A stretch of 64,000 nt of DNA, from contig JBBPIP010000013.1 of assembly GCA_038040265.1 (NCBI GenBank), positions 5,546-69,545 on the forward strand, in the 5' to 3' direction. Positions 10,577 through 22,900 of the stretch are shown piece by piece. A program made the translations under genes and the position numbers. The stretch's first letter is position 1, and each line of letters starts with the position of its first letter. Source of the DNA: Chloroflexota bacterium. Its GTDB lineage: Bacteria > Chloroflexota > Limnocylindria > P2-11E. The notes under the pieces are model-generated. The model was not told the DNA's origin, did not search any database, and was given only the letters and a program-made list of their open reading frames with translations.

Positions 10577-12030
10577 CCGCTGCACCGTACGAGCTCGTCA
10601 TCGGGATCGAGACCCATGTCGAGCTCAAGACCGAGTCGAAGATGTTCTGCGGCTGCCAGGCCAAGTGGTTCGGGGCGTCGCCGAACACGCTCGTGTGTCC
10701 GGTGTGCCTGGGACTGCCGGGCGCGCTGCCGGTGCCGAACCGCCGCGCGATAGAGCTCGCGATCACCGCCGGGTTGGCGCTCCACTGCGAGACGCCGGCG
10801 CACACGAAGTTCGACCGCAAGAACTACCTCTACCCCGACCTGCCGAAGGGTTATCAGATCTCGCAGTACGACCTGCCCCTGAGCGTGAAGGGATGGCTGG
10901 AGCTCCCGACCGGAAAGCGGATACGGATCACCCGCGCGCATCTCGAGGAGGACACCGGCACGCTCAAGCACGGCGAAGACGCGGGGCGCCGCTACACGCT
11001 CGTCGATTTCAACCGCTCCGGGGTCCCGCTCCTCGAGATCGTGAGCGAGCCGGATATGAGCTCGGCCGACGAAGGCGAGGCCTACGTTCGCGCGTTGCGC
11101 GACATCCTCATCTTCTCCGGCGTCTCTGAGATGCGCCTCGAGGAGGGCGCCGGCCGCTTCGACGTGAACGTCTCGATCCGTTTTCAGGAGAACGGCAAGA
11201 CGATGTGGCCGCCGCAGAGCGAGATCAAGAACCTGAACAGCTATCAGGCCCTGCGCGAGGCCGTCGCCTACGAGTCAGATCGTCTCTGGCAGGAGTGGCA
11301 GGCGGGCGGTGAGCTCCGGACGCGCACCGGGAAGATCACGGTCGGCTGGAGTCCCGAACGTGGCCGCACTTACCTGCAGCGCTCCAAGGAGGACGTGGAG
11401 GACTACCGCTACTTCCCGGAGCCCGACCTGGTCGCGCTCTCGCCGTCCTCCGCGATGATCGCGAAGCTCCGCGAGGGGCTACCGGAGATGCCGGCCGAGC
11501 GGCGCGCGCGGTTCGTGTCGGTCTACGGACTTTCCGATTACGACGCTCGGATCCTCGTGTCGGACCAGGCGGTCGCCGAGTACTACGAGGCGGCGGTAAA
11601 AGCCGAGCCCGGTCAGCCGAAGGCGATCGCGAACTGGGTGATGGGCGAGCTCACCGCGACGCTGAAACGTGAAGCCGTCCAGATCGGGGAATCGCGCGTC
11701 GGATCCGAGAAGCTCGCCGCGCTGGTGCGCCTTGTCGCTTCCGGAAAGGTGAGCGGCTCGGCCGCGAAGCAGGTCTTCGCGGAGATGTGGAAGAGCGGGG
11801 GCGACCCCGAGGCGATCGTGAGCACGCAGGGGTTCGCGCAGATCAGTGACGAGGGCGCGATCGCAGCGGCCGTCGACGAGGTCATCAAGGCCAGCCCGAA
11901 GGTCGTCGAGGATTACAAACGCGGCAACACGCGTGCGCTCGGCGCCCTCGTTGGCCCCGTGATGAAGAAGCTGAACGGAAAAGCAAACGCCGCGGTGGTG
12001 AATCGAATCCTCGCCGACCGAATCGCATGA
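10573..12030 (+). CDS. gatB: Asp/Glu-tRNA amidotransferase subunit B
   Basis: IGIETHVEL, CLGLPGALPV, FDRKNYLYPDLPKGYQISQ, HLEED, DFNRSGVPLLEIVSEP, YRYFPEPDL. ATG 10573 (ATGA overlap). Confidence 0.98.
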   Translation: MTAAPYELVIGIETHVELKTESKMFCGCQAKWFGASPNTLVCPVCLGLPGALPVPNRRAIELAITAGLALHCETPAHTKFDRKNYLYPDLPKGYQISQYDLPLSVKGWLELPTGKRIRITRAHLEEDTGTLKHGEDAGRRYTLVDFNRSGVPLLEIVSEPDMSSADEGEAYVRALRDILIFSGVSEMRLEEGAGRFDVNVSIRFQENGKTMWPPQSEIKNLNSYQALREAVAYESDRLWQEWQAGGELRTRTGKITVGWSPERGRTYLQRSKEDVEDYRYFPEPDLVALSPSSAMIAKLREGLPEMPAERRARFVSVYGLSDYDARILVSDQAVAEYYEAAVKAEPGQPKAIANWVMGELTATLKREAVQIGESRVGSEKLAALVRLVASGKVSGSAAKQVFAEMWKSGGDPEAIVSTQGFAQISDEGAIAAAVDEVIKASPKVVEDYKRGNTRALGALVGPVMKKLNGKANAAVVNRILADRIA

Positions 12031-12782
12031 CCGAACACGCCCGACTCGAAGACGTGGTCGGTTTCCTTGATGAGCGCCTCGAGGTCTCTAAGTTCGATGA
12101 AGTGGAGTCGAACGGTCTGATCGTCCGCGCGTCGGATGTCGTCACGAGCATCGCCGCCGCGGTCAGCACATCGTTCCACGCGATCTCGCGAGCGAAGAGC
12201 GCGCAAGCGGATCTCCTGATCGTTCATCACCGGAGCTGGCCCGAGATCGACCTCGAGCTCGTCGAGGAGAAGCACACCCGGCTGCGGCAGAACGGCATCT
12301 CCCTCTACGGCGCCCACTCGGCGCTCGACGGCGCTCCGGGCATCTCGAACGGCGACGGCATCGCGCAGGCGACGGGCGTGAAAGTGCGCGAGCGTTTCCT
12401 CCCGTATCACGGCGGCATGGCGGGCGTCATCGGTACCTCGAGCGGGACGTTCCAACAGTTCGTCGACCGCCTGCGCTCAGCGCTCGGCACGCTCGTCGAG
12501 GCCCACGAGAACAGCGAGAAGTTCGGCGTCGTTGCGATCGCAAGCGGCGGAGCGCCCTTTACGACGTTCGTTCAAGAGGCGGCGGCCCGCGGGGCCGATA
12601 CGTACGTCACCGGCGAGATCACGATGTACACGCGCATGTACGCGAAGGAGCGGAAGATCAATCTCGTCGCCGGCTCGCACTACGCCACCGAGACGTTTGG
12701 CGTGCGAGCCCTCGCGCAGCTCGTCGAGGCGCGGTTCGGGATTGGCTGGACCTTCGTCCCTGAATCGACCGACGTCTATTGA
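12027..12782 (+). CDS. Nif3/YbgI-like dinuclear metal-centre protein
   Basis: NGLIV, LLIVHH, LYGAHSALD, YVTGE, GSHYATE. Confidence 0.92.
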   Translation: MTEHARLEDVVGFLDERLEVSKFDEVESNGLIVRASDVVTSIAAAVSTSFHAISRAKSAQADLLIVHHRSWPEIDLELVEEKHTRLRQNGISLYGAHSALDGAPGISNGDGIAQATGVKVRERFLPYHGGMAGVIGTSSGTFQQFVDRLRSALGTLVEAHENSEKFGVVAIASGGAPFTTFVQEAAARGADTYVTGEITMYTRMYAKERKINLVAGSHYATETFGVRALAQLVEARFGIGWTFVPESTDVY

Positions 12783-13300
12783 GCGAATCGGTGAAGCGCG
12801 CCGCGCTGTTCGCCCTGACAGGCCTTGTGTTCTTCGGCCACTGGTCGGTGGCCAACCCAAGCTTCGAGGCGTCACCGACCCAGGGTGAGTGGCCATCTGT
12901 GCTCGCATTCAGCGCCCTGATTCTGACGCTCGCGTTCGCGGTGCCGCAGTTCGCTCAGCTAGTTGGCGGACGAGTCGCGTTCCGTGCTTCGCGCGCGGTC
13001 GCTGTTGGAGCGGTGCTGAGCAGCGCCGCGAACGTCCTCGAAGATGGCTTGAAAATGGAATGGGCCTTCTTCGCGTTCGTCGCGGGACTGGTGATCGTGG
13101 AATTAGGTCTCCTGGCGCTCGCGATCGCTCTCGTGGCTCGCGGGGGCCAGCGGCACTTCGCGCTCGTTCCGGCCGGGACGATCGCCGGGCTTCTTTTCTA
13201 CGTGGTCGCGGGTGGGCCACTCATGCTCGTCACATGGCTGCTGGCGGCTGCGCTTACCCTCGCGCGAGCGCGCAGTCAGGCCAAGGAGTCCGCCGCCTAG
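12779..13300 (+). CDS. Hypothetical multi-pass membrane protein
   Basis: 173 aa with about 5-6 hydrophobic segments; TTGA overlap with the nif3-like gene. Confidence 0.65.
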   Translation: MSESVKRAALFALTGLVFFGHWSVANPSFEASPTQGEWPSVLAFSALILTLAFAVPQFAQLVGGRVAFRASRAVAVGAVLSSAANVLEDGLKMEWAFFAFVAGLVIVELGLLALAIALVARGGQRHFALVPAGTIAGLLFYVVAGGPLMLVTWLLAAALTLARARSQAKESAA

Positions 13301-13310
13301 TCGAGGGTCC

Positions 13311-13790
13311 TCAGAAGCCAACAAGTCGCGCGACCAGCAGCAACCCGAGGGCGATGATCCCGAAAGCGATCAGACTTGGCGCCAGGATCCCTCGCCGAGA
13401 TCGGCTGTTAGCGAAGGATCCTGCCGCGATCGCGACCGTAACGACGAGGGCCGAAAGTGCGACTCCCGTCGCCATGGTGCCGATGTCGTGCGCGAGCGCG
13501 ATGTCGCTCCGGCGCGTGTCGTTATCGGGACCGTACCCAAGGGCGCCGACCGACTCGATCACCTGGGCAGCGGCGATGAGCACGAGGCCGATGACCGGGG
13601 CTCGGCTCGCGATGCTGGGATTGGGTCGGGTAAGAAGGATCGTCCCGGCAATGAGGAGCGCAGCCAAGGCGATCGCGGCGTGCAGGCGCGAATGGTCGGT
13701 CGCCCCAGCCTCGGCGAGGATTCCGGCGCTCGCGAGCAGCGCCATTGCGACGACGATCCCGCCGGCAACGGCGAACGCGTAACGGCTCAC
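13311..13790 (-). CDS. Hypothetical multi-pass membrane protein
   Basis: 159 aa with about 5 hydrophobic segments; starts 8 nt after the aceB stop. Confidence 0.65.
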   Translation of the reverse strand: MSRYAFAVAGGIVVAMALLASAGILAEAGATDHSRLHAAIALAALLIAGTILLTRPNPSIASRAPVIGLVLIAAAQVIESVGALGYGPDNDTRRSDIALAHDIGTMATGVALSALVVTVAIAAGSFANSRSRRGILAPSLIAFGIIALGLLLVARLVGF

Positions 13791-13798
13791 TGGTGCGG

Positions 13799-15391
<1,593 letters not shown>

Positions 15392-15412
15392 CGACCGTAT
15401 CCTGCCACCGCT

Positions 15413-16171
15413 GTGAGTCGGCCGTTCGACCTGAGCGGGAAGCGCTCGCTGATCACCGGCGGTGGGCGCGGGATCGGCCGCGCTATCGCCATGGCGCTGG
15501 CCGAGGCGGGCGCCGATGTCGCTATCACCTCGCGGAAGGGGGAGGACGTCGAGCCGGTCGCGCGCGAGATCCGCGCGAAGGGACGCGCATCGATCGCCCT
15601 GCCTCTGGACGTGCGCAGCGTGGCCTCGATCGGCGCGTGCTTCCACGCCCTCGCGCAGGAGTGGGGGACGATCGACATCCTCGTCAACAGCGCCGGGACC
15701 AACATCCCGACCGACCTCGTGTCGCTCGACGAGGAGGGCTGGGACACCGTCGTCGACACGGACCTCAAGGGCGTCGCCTTCGTAACCCAGGCCGCGCTGC
15801 CGGTGTTAAGGGACGGTGGACGCGTCATCAACATCGCATCCATTTACGGCGTCCTTGGCCGGGTGGAGCGGATCGCCTACAGCGCGGCAAAGGGCGGCGT
15901 CGTGACCCTCACCAAATCCCTGGCCCTGGAGCTCGCGCCACGCGGGATCACTGTGAACGCGGTCGGCCCGAGCCTCATCGAAACCGACCTGACCCGCGAG
16001 CGGATGCGGAAAGACCCAGGCTTTCGGGCTGTGGAGGTCGCGCGCACGCCACTTGGACGTCTCGGCTCCGTCGAAGACGTGGCCGGCGCGGTCGTTTACT
16101 TCGCATCTACCGAGGCGGGTTTCGTGACGGGCCAGCTGCTGCTCGTCGACGGCGGGACCGGCGCGCACTGA
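15413..16171 (+). CDS. Short-chain dehydrogenase/reductase (FabG-like)
   Basis: [21 protein letters not shown] (YxxxK), GITVNAVGP; GTG 15413. Confidence 0.93.
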   Translation: MSRPFDLSGKRSLITGGGRGIGRAIAMALAEAGADVAITSRKGEDVEPVAREIRAKGRASIALPLDVRSVASIGACFHALAQEWGTIDILVNSAGTNIPTDLVSLDEEGWDTVVDTDLKGVAFVTQAALPVLRDGGRVINIASIYGVLGRVERIAYSAAKGGVVTLTKSLALELAPRGITVNAVGPSLIETDLTRERMRKDPGFRAVEVARTPLGRLGSVEDVAGAVVYFASTEAGFVTGQLLLVDGGTGAH

Positions 16172-16257
16172 CGGGGGCAGGGGCCCCCGACGGGGCAGGG
16201 GCCCCGCGGCTATCCCCCGGCCGTACGTCCGTACTCCCCCAGGGGCAGGGGCCCCTG
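16172..16257 (+). repeat. Three copies of the 14-mer GGGGCAGGGGCCCC, each a GC hairpin with loop AGGG
   Basis: Copies at 16174-16187, 16192-16205 and 16242-16255; stems extend with compensatory flanks (CG..CG, C..G, CA..TG). Confidence 0.85.
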
Positions 16258-16355
16258 AACGCGCAGCGGGGTCGATCTAGTCCCGTTGGGTGATGGGCCA
16301 CATGGGCCGCCCGCCGTACAAATCAAGCACGAACACGGGAGGAAACGAGGAAACC

Positions 16356-18044
16356 ATGGGAGTCCTGGCCCAGAGCGTGGAGTCGCCCCGGATCGACGCA
16401 GCACCACTCAACGTCGTCCGGATGACGCCGCCCGTTGAAGCGACCCTCCGCATCCTCCTGAACAGCGTTCCCTATCTCATCGGCGCTGCCGTGGTGCGGC
16501 AGCCGGCCGTAGGTGATGCGGTCGAGGCCGAGGTCGGACGGATGCCGTGGCTCCACGACCGTCGCCTTCTCACCCTTCAGCTGCCCGACGACTCGCTTCC
16601 CGCGAACCGCGCGATCCTGCTCGACTGGCCCGTTCCGTACCAGGCCGAATGGGTGGGAGCGCCGCCTCGTCTTCTTATCTCGCGTCTCGTCACTCAAGAC
16701 CGCACCGTCGGGGTGCTCCTCGGCACGCTGATCAGCCGCGAGCAGATCTCCGCTGGTGCGCGCGAGGCGCTCGACCTGTCCTGCGAGCTCATCGCCGCGG
16801 CCGTCGGCAGCGACTCCCTCTCAACGCTTGCCGCAACACCACCCACTGCGGAAGAGCCGCGGCGGCTCGTGGTGGTGCCGGACGAGGTGCTGCCAGAGCC
16901 GGAGTCGTCGCTCGTCATGCCCGAGCCCGCCGAGTCTGAGCCGGTCCTCGATCCGAAGGACGAGCAGGACGAGCGCGACCGCCAGGTCGTCGATGAAGTG
17001 GCACGCGCTCTCGACGAGCTCACGGACGCGAAGTCGATCGGTCGCGTGCTACGCGACGCGGTCACCGCGATCGCGGGCGTCGACGGATTCTCCGTCGCGC
17101 TTTTCAACACCGTGCGCCGCGAGGTCGCCTACCGCTACAAGGTCGTTGGCGCTGATCCCGACTCGGCCGAGATGGGACGTCAGGCCGTCGACGATGGCCC
17201 GGACTGCTACGCGGCTCGTCACGACCGGCGCTGGCACGGCTTCATTCGCGAGATAGGCGTCCGCGGCCCCGAAGGCGTCGAGGCGCGAAAGATCTCCGTT
17301 CTCCAGTACCCACTTCTCGCCGCTGACGAGGTCTTCGGCGTCGCGACGCTCCAGGTGTTCGGTGACTCGGGGTTCTCCGATCACGCGACGCGTCTCGTCC
17401 TTCGCGTGATCGAGGTGTCGAGCGACCGTCTCGCCGCGGTGCGGCGCGCCGCGCGCTTCCAACCAAGTCTCTCCCCTCAGGAGTCCGCGGCGGCCGCCGT
17501 CCTCCCGCCGGTCGCCGCGGCTCCCTTCCCGGCTCCCGTCGTCGCCGGCTCCGAAGCGCCGACGACCGATCAGATCCTCAACGACCTCGTGAACGGCTGC
17601 ACCGAGATCGGTCTGCCGACCACGTTCATGGTTGGCGTGGACCCGGCCGCAGGGCTCATACGTGGCGAGCTCATCTCGAGCTCATCCGCCGCGCGCGAGC
17701 TCGACTACGCCCTCGGGATCTCCGTCGGTCGATTCAAGATCGAGCTCTCCGATCGCTACAACGCGATCGCGCGGGCGTGCCGCGAAGGACGCATCGTGAC
17801 CTCTCCGACCCTCGACGAGCTTGTGCACCCGCTTCGCGACGCGGACGGTGCCGCGACGCTCGAGCGGCTCGTTCAAGGCGGACGTTCGACGATCATCCCG
17901 ATCACCGTGTCCGGCGATGTCGTCGGAGCCCTCATCGTGGGGCCGATGGCGGACGAGCCCGGGTTCAGCACCATCGTGAAAGTGCGCGACCTGGTCAATG
18001 AGACGGCGTCGCGACTCACGGAGGCGTGGCGCACGAAGCACTAG
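16356..18044 (+). CDS. Protein with three GAF-like domains and no output domain
   Basis: Three segments ending in GAF-type 'P/RL...VGVL/VFGVATL/VVGALIV' strands followed by helices, separated by Pro/Glu/Ala linkers; SD GAGG before ATG 16356. Confidence 0.65.
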   Translation: MGVLAQSVESPRIDAAPLNVVRMTPPVEATLRILLNSVPYLIGAAVVRQPAVGDAVEAEVGRMPWLHDRRLLTLQLPDDSLPANRAILLDWPVPYQAEWVGAPPRLLISRLVTQDRTVGVLLGTLISREQISAGAREALDLSCELIAAAVGSDSLSTLAATPPTAEEPRRLVVVPDEVLPEPESSLVMPEPAESEPVLDPKDEQDERDRQVVDEVARALDELTDAKSIGRVLRDAVTAIAGVDGFSVALFNTVRREVAYRYKVVGADPDSAEMGRQAVDDGPDCYAARHDRRWHGFIREIGVRGPEGVEARKISVLQYPLLAADEVFGVATLQVFGDSGFSDHATRLVLRVIEVSSDRLAAVRRAARFQPSLSPQESAAAAVLPPVAAAPFPAPVVAGSEAPTTDQILNDLVNGCTEIGLPTTFMVGVDPAAGLIRGELISSSSAARELDYALGISVGRFKIELSDRYNAIARACREGRIVTSPTLDELVHPLRDADGAATLERLVQGGRSTIIPITVSGDVVGALIVGPMADEPGFSTIVKVRDLVNETASRLTEAWRTKH

Positions 18045-18062
18045 ACCTACACTCCCTCGCCA

Positions 18063-19898
18063 ATGGTCGGCGAGGTGACCTTCGCGGTTATCGGCCTCCT
18101 TTTTCTCATCGCCGACGTGCGCACGTTCTCGTCCACGTTCCAGCTGACGTTCTTCGGTCAATCGAACACGACGCTCGCCGTGATGGCCACGGCGGTCTTC
18201 GCGACCTCGTTCCTATCGCCCCTCGTCGGCTGGCGGCTCGGTCCGAAGCGAGGCGTCGCGCTGAGCGCCGCGATGCTCGGCATCGCGACCGTGATCGCGA
18301 CGGTTGCGCGCCACAACATCGCCGACCTCGCCCTCTCGATCGTCGGGGTGGCGGGTGGTCTGTGGTGGCTCGGCCTGCTCCACGCTTCGCGGCCGGCGGA
18401 TCGCGCCTCGCCGCTGGCAGTCGCGTTGCCCATCGCGTTCTCGGCTGATCTCGTGTTGCGCGCGGCGTTCAGGACGGTGCCGGTCGTCGACCTGAATCTC
18501 GCGCTCGCCGCGCCGCTCGTTCTCGTTGCCGGCCTCGTCTTTCTCGCCTCGGGGGTCGCCGCGATGTCAGGCGTCCGAACCTGGACCCGGCCGGACGCAC
18601 GTGGCGCGCTCGCTCTCATCGCGTTGCCGGCGCTCTTCCTCGTGGCGGAGACCGGCGGGACGAACGGCGCGCAGGTGGCGCTCGCGAGCGGGCTCGGGCT
18701 CGGACCCGAGCCGCCCAGAGCGACTCAGCTCGGCATGGTGCTCCTCGGTCTCGGTCTGGCCGCCGGGTCGCTCGCGCTCTCGCGTCAGTACCCGCGAGGC
18801 GTCGCGGCGGCGATCGCATGCGTAGCCGGGGCCGCGGCGCTCTGGTACGTGCACGCCCCGGTCGTCTCGCTCGTCGGCGGTCTCGTGCTCGCGGCCGGCC
18901 TCTTCATCGCAGCTGCGACGATCCCGGGCGCTCCGCTCCGGGTCAGCGGCTCGCCCGCGGTCGTGACCCTGGCGCTCGCGCTCGGGTGGCTCGTCTTCGT
19001 CGGCACCGCGTTCGGCTTCTACGCGTTCTGGGCGTACCTGCCGGCCGTGTACGCGGCGACCGCGCTCGTCGCGGTTGCGGCGCTGATCGTTCCGGGCGGC
19101 GGGCTCCCGGCCTGGCGCGCGCTTCCCATAGGACTCGTTCCGATCGTGGTTGGAGTGCCGCTCATCGCGCTCCTTATCACACCGACGCCACTGACCAAAG
19201 ATGAGCTGCCCGCGACTTTCAAAGTGATGACCTACAACGTCCATCAGGGCTTCAACGCGGGTCAGGTGCCGTCCCTTGACATGATCGTGGACGTCATCTC
19301 GCGCGAGTCCCCCGACGTCCTACTCCTGCAGGAGGTCGTACGGGGATGGATGATCGATGAGCAGCATGACGCCCTCAGCGTCATTGCGGAACGGCTGGGG
19401 ATGCCGTATGTGTTCGGCCCGAACATCGGCGACCTGTACGGGAACGCGATCCTCTCGCGCTTTCCCATGACCGACGTCAAACGCGTCCATTTCGCGGTCC
19501 AGCCGTCGGCGAGGCATCAGCCCCGCGGTGCAGTCGGCGTCCACATCGGCGACGTGCTCATCGTGACCACGCACCTCGACGAGGTCGCCGACTCGAGCTC
19601 GATCCGACAGGAGCAGGTGCGAACGATCCTGCGGGAATGGGACGGCGAGAAGGTCGCGATTATCGCGGGCGATATGAACGCCGAGCCAGGCGATCTGGAG
19701 ATGGCGCTCTTCTCAGAGGCCGGGTATGGCGATCTCGCCGAGCCGGCCGGCCCGACGACGACGATGGACGATCCGCCGAAACGCATCGACTACATCTGGG
19801 GCATCGGAGTGATCGGCTCGAACCCGCACACCGTATCTGCAGTCCCGATTCCACCGTCGGATCACCGCGCCGTCGTGGTCTTCGTGAGGAAGTCGTAA
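18063..19898 (+). CDS. Multi-pass membrane protein fused to an endonuclease/exonuclease/phosphatase (EEP) domain
   Basis: About 12 TM segments, then MTYNVHQG, DVLLLQEV, GNAILSR, TTHLD, IIAGDMN, RIDYIW, SDH. Confidence 0.85.
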   Translation: MVGEVTFAVIGLLFLIADVRTFSSTFQLTFFGQSNTTLAVMATAVFATSFLSPLVGWRLGPKRGVALSAAMLGIATVIATVARHNIADLALSIVGVAGGLWWLGLLHASRPADRASPLAVALPIAFSADLVLRAAFRTVPVVDLNLALAAPLVLVAGLVFLASGVAAMSGVRTWTRPDARGALALIALPALFLVAETGGTNGAQVALASGLGLGPEPPRATQLGMVLLGLGLAAGSLALSRQYPRGVAAAIACVAGAAALWYVHAPVVSLVGGLVLAAGLFIAAATIPGAPLRVSGSPAVVTLALALGWLVFVGTAFGFYAFWAYLPAVYAATALVAVAALIVPGGGLPAWRALPIGLVPIVVGVPLIALLITPTPLTKDELPATFKVMTYNVHQGFNAGQVPSLDMIVDVISRESPDVLLLQEVVRGWMIDEQHDALSVIAERLGMPYVFGPNIGDLYGNAILSRFPMTDVKRVHFAVQPSARHQPRGAVGVHIGDVLIVTTHLDEVADSSSIRQEQVRTILREWDGEKVAIIAGDMNAEPGDLEMALFSEAGYGDLAEPAGPTTTMDDPPKRIDYIWGIGVIGSNPHTVSAVPIPPSDHRAVVVFVRKS

Positions 19899-19969
19899 CC
19901 GTCCGACCTATAGAGTCCCCGTCCCAGTAGACTGAGCCGCAACCGCCGCGCTTCCTCGAGCGGCAACAC

Positions 19970-22900
19970 GTGGGGCAGGGTATTTCCAAGAACTTCGTGC
20001 ATCTGCACACCCACAGCGAGTACAGCCTGCTCGACGGGCTGTCCCGCCTCAGCGACCTCGTTGCGCGCGCGAAGGCTTTGGACATGCCCGCTCTCGGACT
20101 CACGGACCACGGCGCGCTGTATGGCGCCATCGACTTCTACACGCTGTGCCGCGACGCCGGCATCAAGCCGATCATCGGCGTCGAGACATACATCGCGCGA
20201 AACAACCGCTTCGATCGCGATCCACGGTCCGAAGGCCACGGGAAGCCCTGGCACCTCGTGCTCCTCGCCAAAGACTTCACGGGCTACCAGAACCTCGTCG
20301 CGATGGTCACCGCGGCACACCTGGAGGGCTACTACTACCGGCCTCGCATGGACAAGGACCTCCTCCGGGAGCGCAGCGAGGGCCTGATCGCGCTCTCCGC
20401 CTGCCTGCAGGGCGAGTTGGCGCGCGCCATACAAGACGAGGGCATCGACGCGGCCTGCGCGGTCGCCGAGGAGCACCGAGGCATCTTCGGCGATGGCAAC
20501 TACTACCTCGAGCTCATGTCGCACGGCATTCCCGAGCAGGAGCGCGTGAACGAGGGCGTGCGCGAAGTCTCGCGCCGCACCGGCGTCCCGCTCGTGGTCA
20601 CGAACGACATCCACTACGTCCACGCCGAAGACGCCGAGGCGCAGGACGTCATGGTCTGCATCCAGAGCGGCAAGACCATCGACACGCCCGACCGCCTCAA
20701 GATGATCGACAACCCCGAGCTCTTCATGCGCACCGCCGCGCAGATGAGCGAGCTGTTCCCGAACGACCACGAGGCGCTCGAGAACACGCTGCGGATCGCC
20801 GAGAAAGTCGATCTCAAACTACCTCTCGGCGAGCTTCGCCTCCCGCACTTCGAGGTCCCGGACGGGAAGACGCCCGAGGAACAGCTGCGCACGCTCGCGG
20901 ACGCCGGCGCCATGGAAAAATACGGCGCGATCACCCACGAGCTGCGCGAGCGGATCGACAAGGAGCTCGCCATCATCGCGAAGACGGGCTACACCGGCTA
21001 CATCCTCATCGTTCAGGACTTCATCCGCTTCGCGCACGAGCAGGGGATCCTGACGGCGGTGCGTGGCTCCGCCGGTGGGTCGGTCGTGAACTACGCGATC
21101 GGCATGACCGACATCGACCCGCTCAAGTACGGGCTCATCTTCGAGCGGTTCCTGAACCTCGAGCGCTTCACTCCGCCGGACATCGACGTCGATTTCATGG
21201 GCGACCGCCGCGACGAGGTCATCCAGTACGTGACCCAGAAGTACGGTGCCGACCGCGTCGCGCAGATCGGCACGTTCAACACGATGCTGGCGCGTGCCGC
21301 GGTCCGCGACGTCGCGCGGGTCCTCGGCATGCCATATGGCGAGGCGGACCGGGTGGCGAAAACTATTCCCTTCGGCACCGACCTCACCGACTCACGTCGC
21401 ATGTCCACCGAGCTCCGCGACCTCGAGCAGGAGCCGCACGTGCAGCGGCTGCTCGACCTGGCGGAGCGGGTCGAAGGCCTGGTGCGGTCGACCGGCACAC
21501 ACGCCGCCGGTGTGGTCATCTCGCGGGAGCCGATCACGCAGCTCGTGCCGCTCGAGCGCTCGAAGGGCAACGTCAACGCGCTTCAGACTCAGTACGAGGA
21601 CAAACAGCTCGAAAAGCTCGGCGTCCTGAAGTTCGACTTCCTCGGCCTCGGGAACCTCACGATCCTCGATCACGCGCTCCGGCTGATCGAGAGCAAACGC
21701 GGAATCAAGATCCGCCGCGAGGACATCCCGCTCGACGACAAGAAGACCTTCGAGCTCCTCGGCTCCGGAGAAACGACCGGCATGTTCCAGCTGGAATCCG
21801 CCGGGATGCGCCGCTATATCCGGGAGCTCAAGCCGGACCGGGTCGAGGACGTTATGGCGATGGTCGCGCTCTTCCGGCCCGGCCCGATGGACTACATCCC
21901 GACGTACATCCGGCGCAAGCATGGCGAGGAGCCGGTCACGTACGCTCACCCGACCCTCGAGCCCGTGCTCAAGGCGACGTACGGCGTCATGGTCTACCAG
22001 GAGGACGTGATGGCGGTGACGCAGGCGCTCGCCGGCTTCACCCTCGCCGAGGCCGACGTGCTCTGCTACGCCGTGCGCAAGAAGTTCCGCGACAAGCTCG
22101 ACGCGCAGAAGGTGAAATTCGTCTCGGGCGCGATCCGCAACGGCGTGCACGCCGACGTGATCGAGGCGGTCTGGAAGGACTTCGAGCCTTTCGCGCGGTA
22201 CGGATTCAACCGCGCGCACGCCGCGATCTACGGGATCATCGCGTACCACACCGCCTACCTGAAGGCCAACTACACGACGGAGTACATGACCGCCGTGCTC
22301 TCGGCGGAAATGGGGACGCCGGACCGGATCGCGATCGCGGTGGCCGAGTGCCGCCGGATGGGACTCTCCGTACTTGCTCCGGACGTGAACGAGTCGGAGC
22401 TCGATTTTGCGTTCACCCCCAAAGGCATTCGGTTCGGGCTGGGTGCCGTCAAGAACGTCGGCGAGGGAGCCGCGGAGGCCATCGTCGAGGCTCGCCGCGC
22501 CGGCGGTCCATTTGGGTCGCTTGACGACTTCTGCGATCGACTGGACCTGCAGCGCACCAACAAGCGCGTGATCGAGTCGCTCATCAAGTCGGGCGCGTGC
22601 GATGAGCTCGGCCCGCGGCTCTGGCAGCTCGATCGTCTCGATCAGGTACTGGAAACGGCACAGCGTGGCCAGCGAGATCGAGCCAGCGGGCAGGTCGGTC
22701 TCTTCGAGGAGCTTGGATTCAGCGGCCAGCTCCACGCCAAGTTCATTCCGGGGCCCAACGCCAAGTTCCTCGACTCACCCAAGGAGAAGCTCGCGTGGGA
22801 GAAAGAGCTGCTTGGCATCTACCTCTCGGCGCATCCGCTCAACGCCCTCGCCCCGCGGATGAAGGATGTCGAGAATCTCGTCGCCCTGGCCGAGCTCAGC

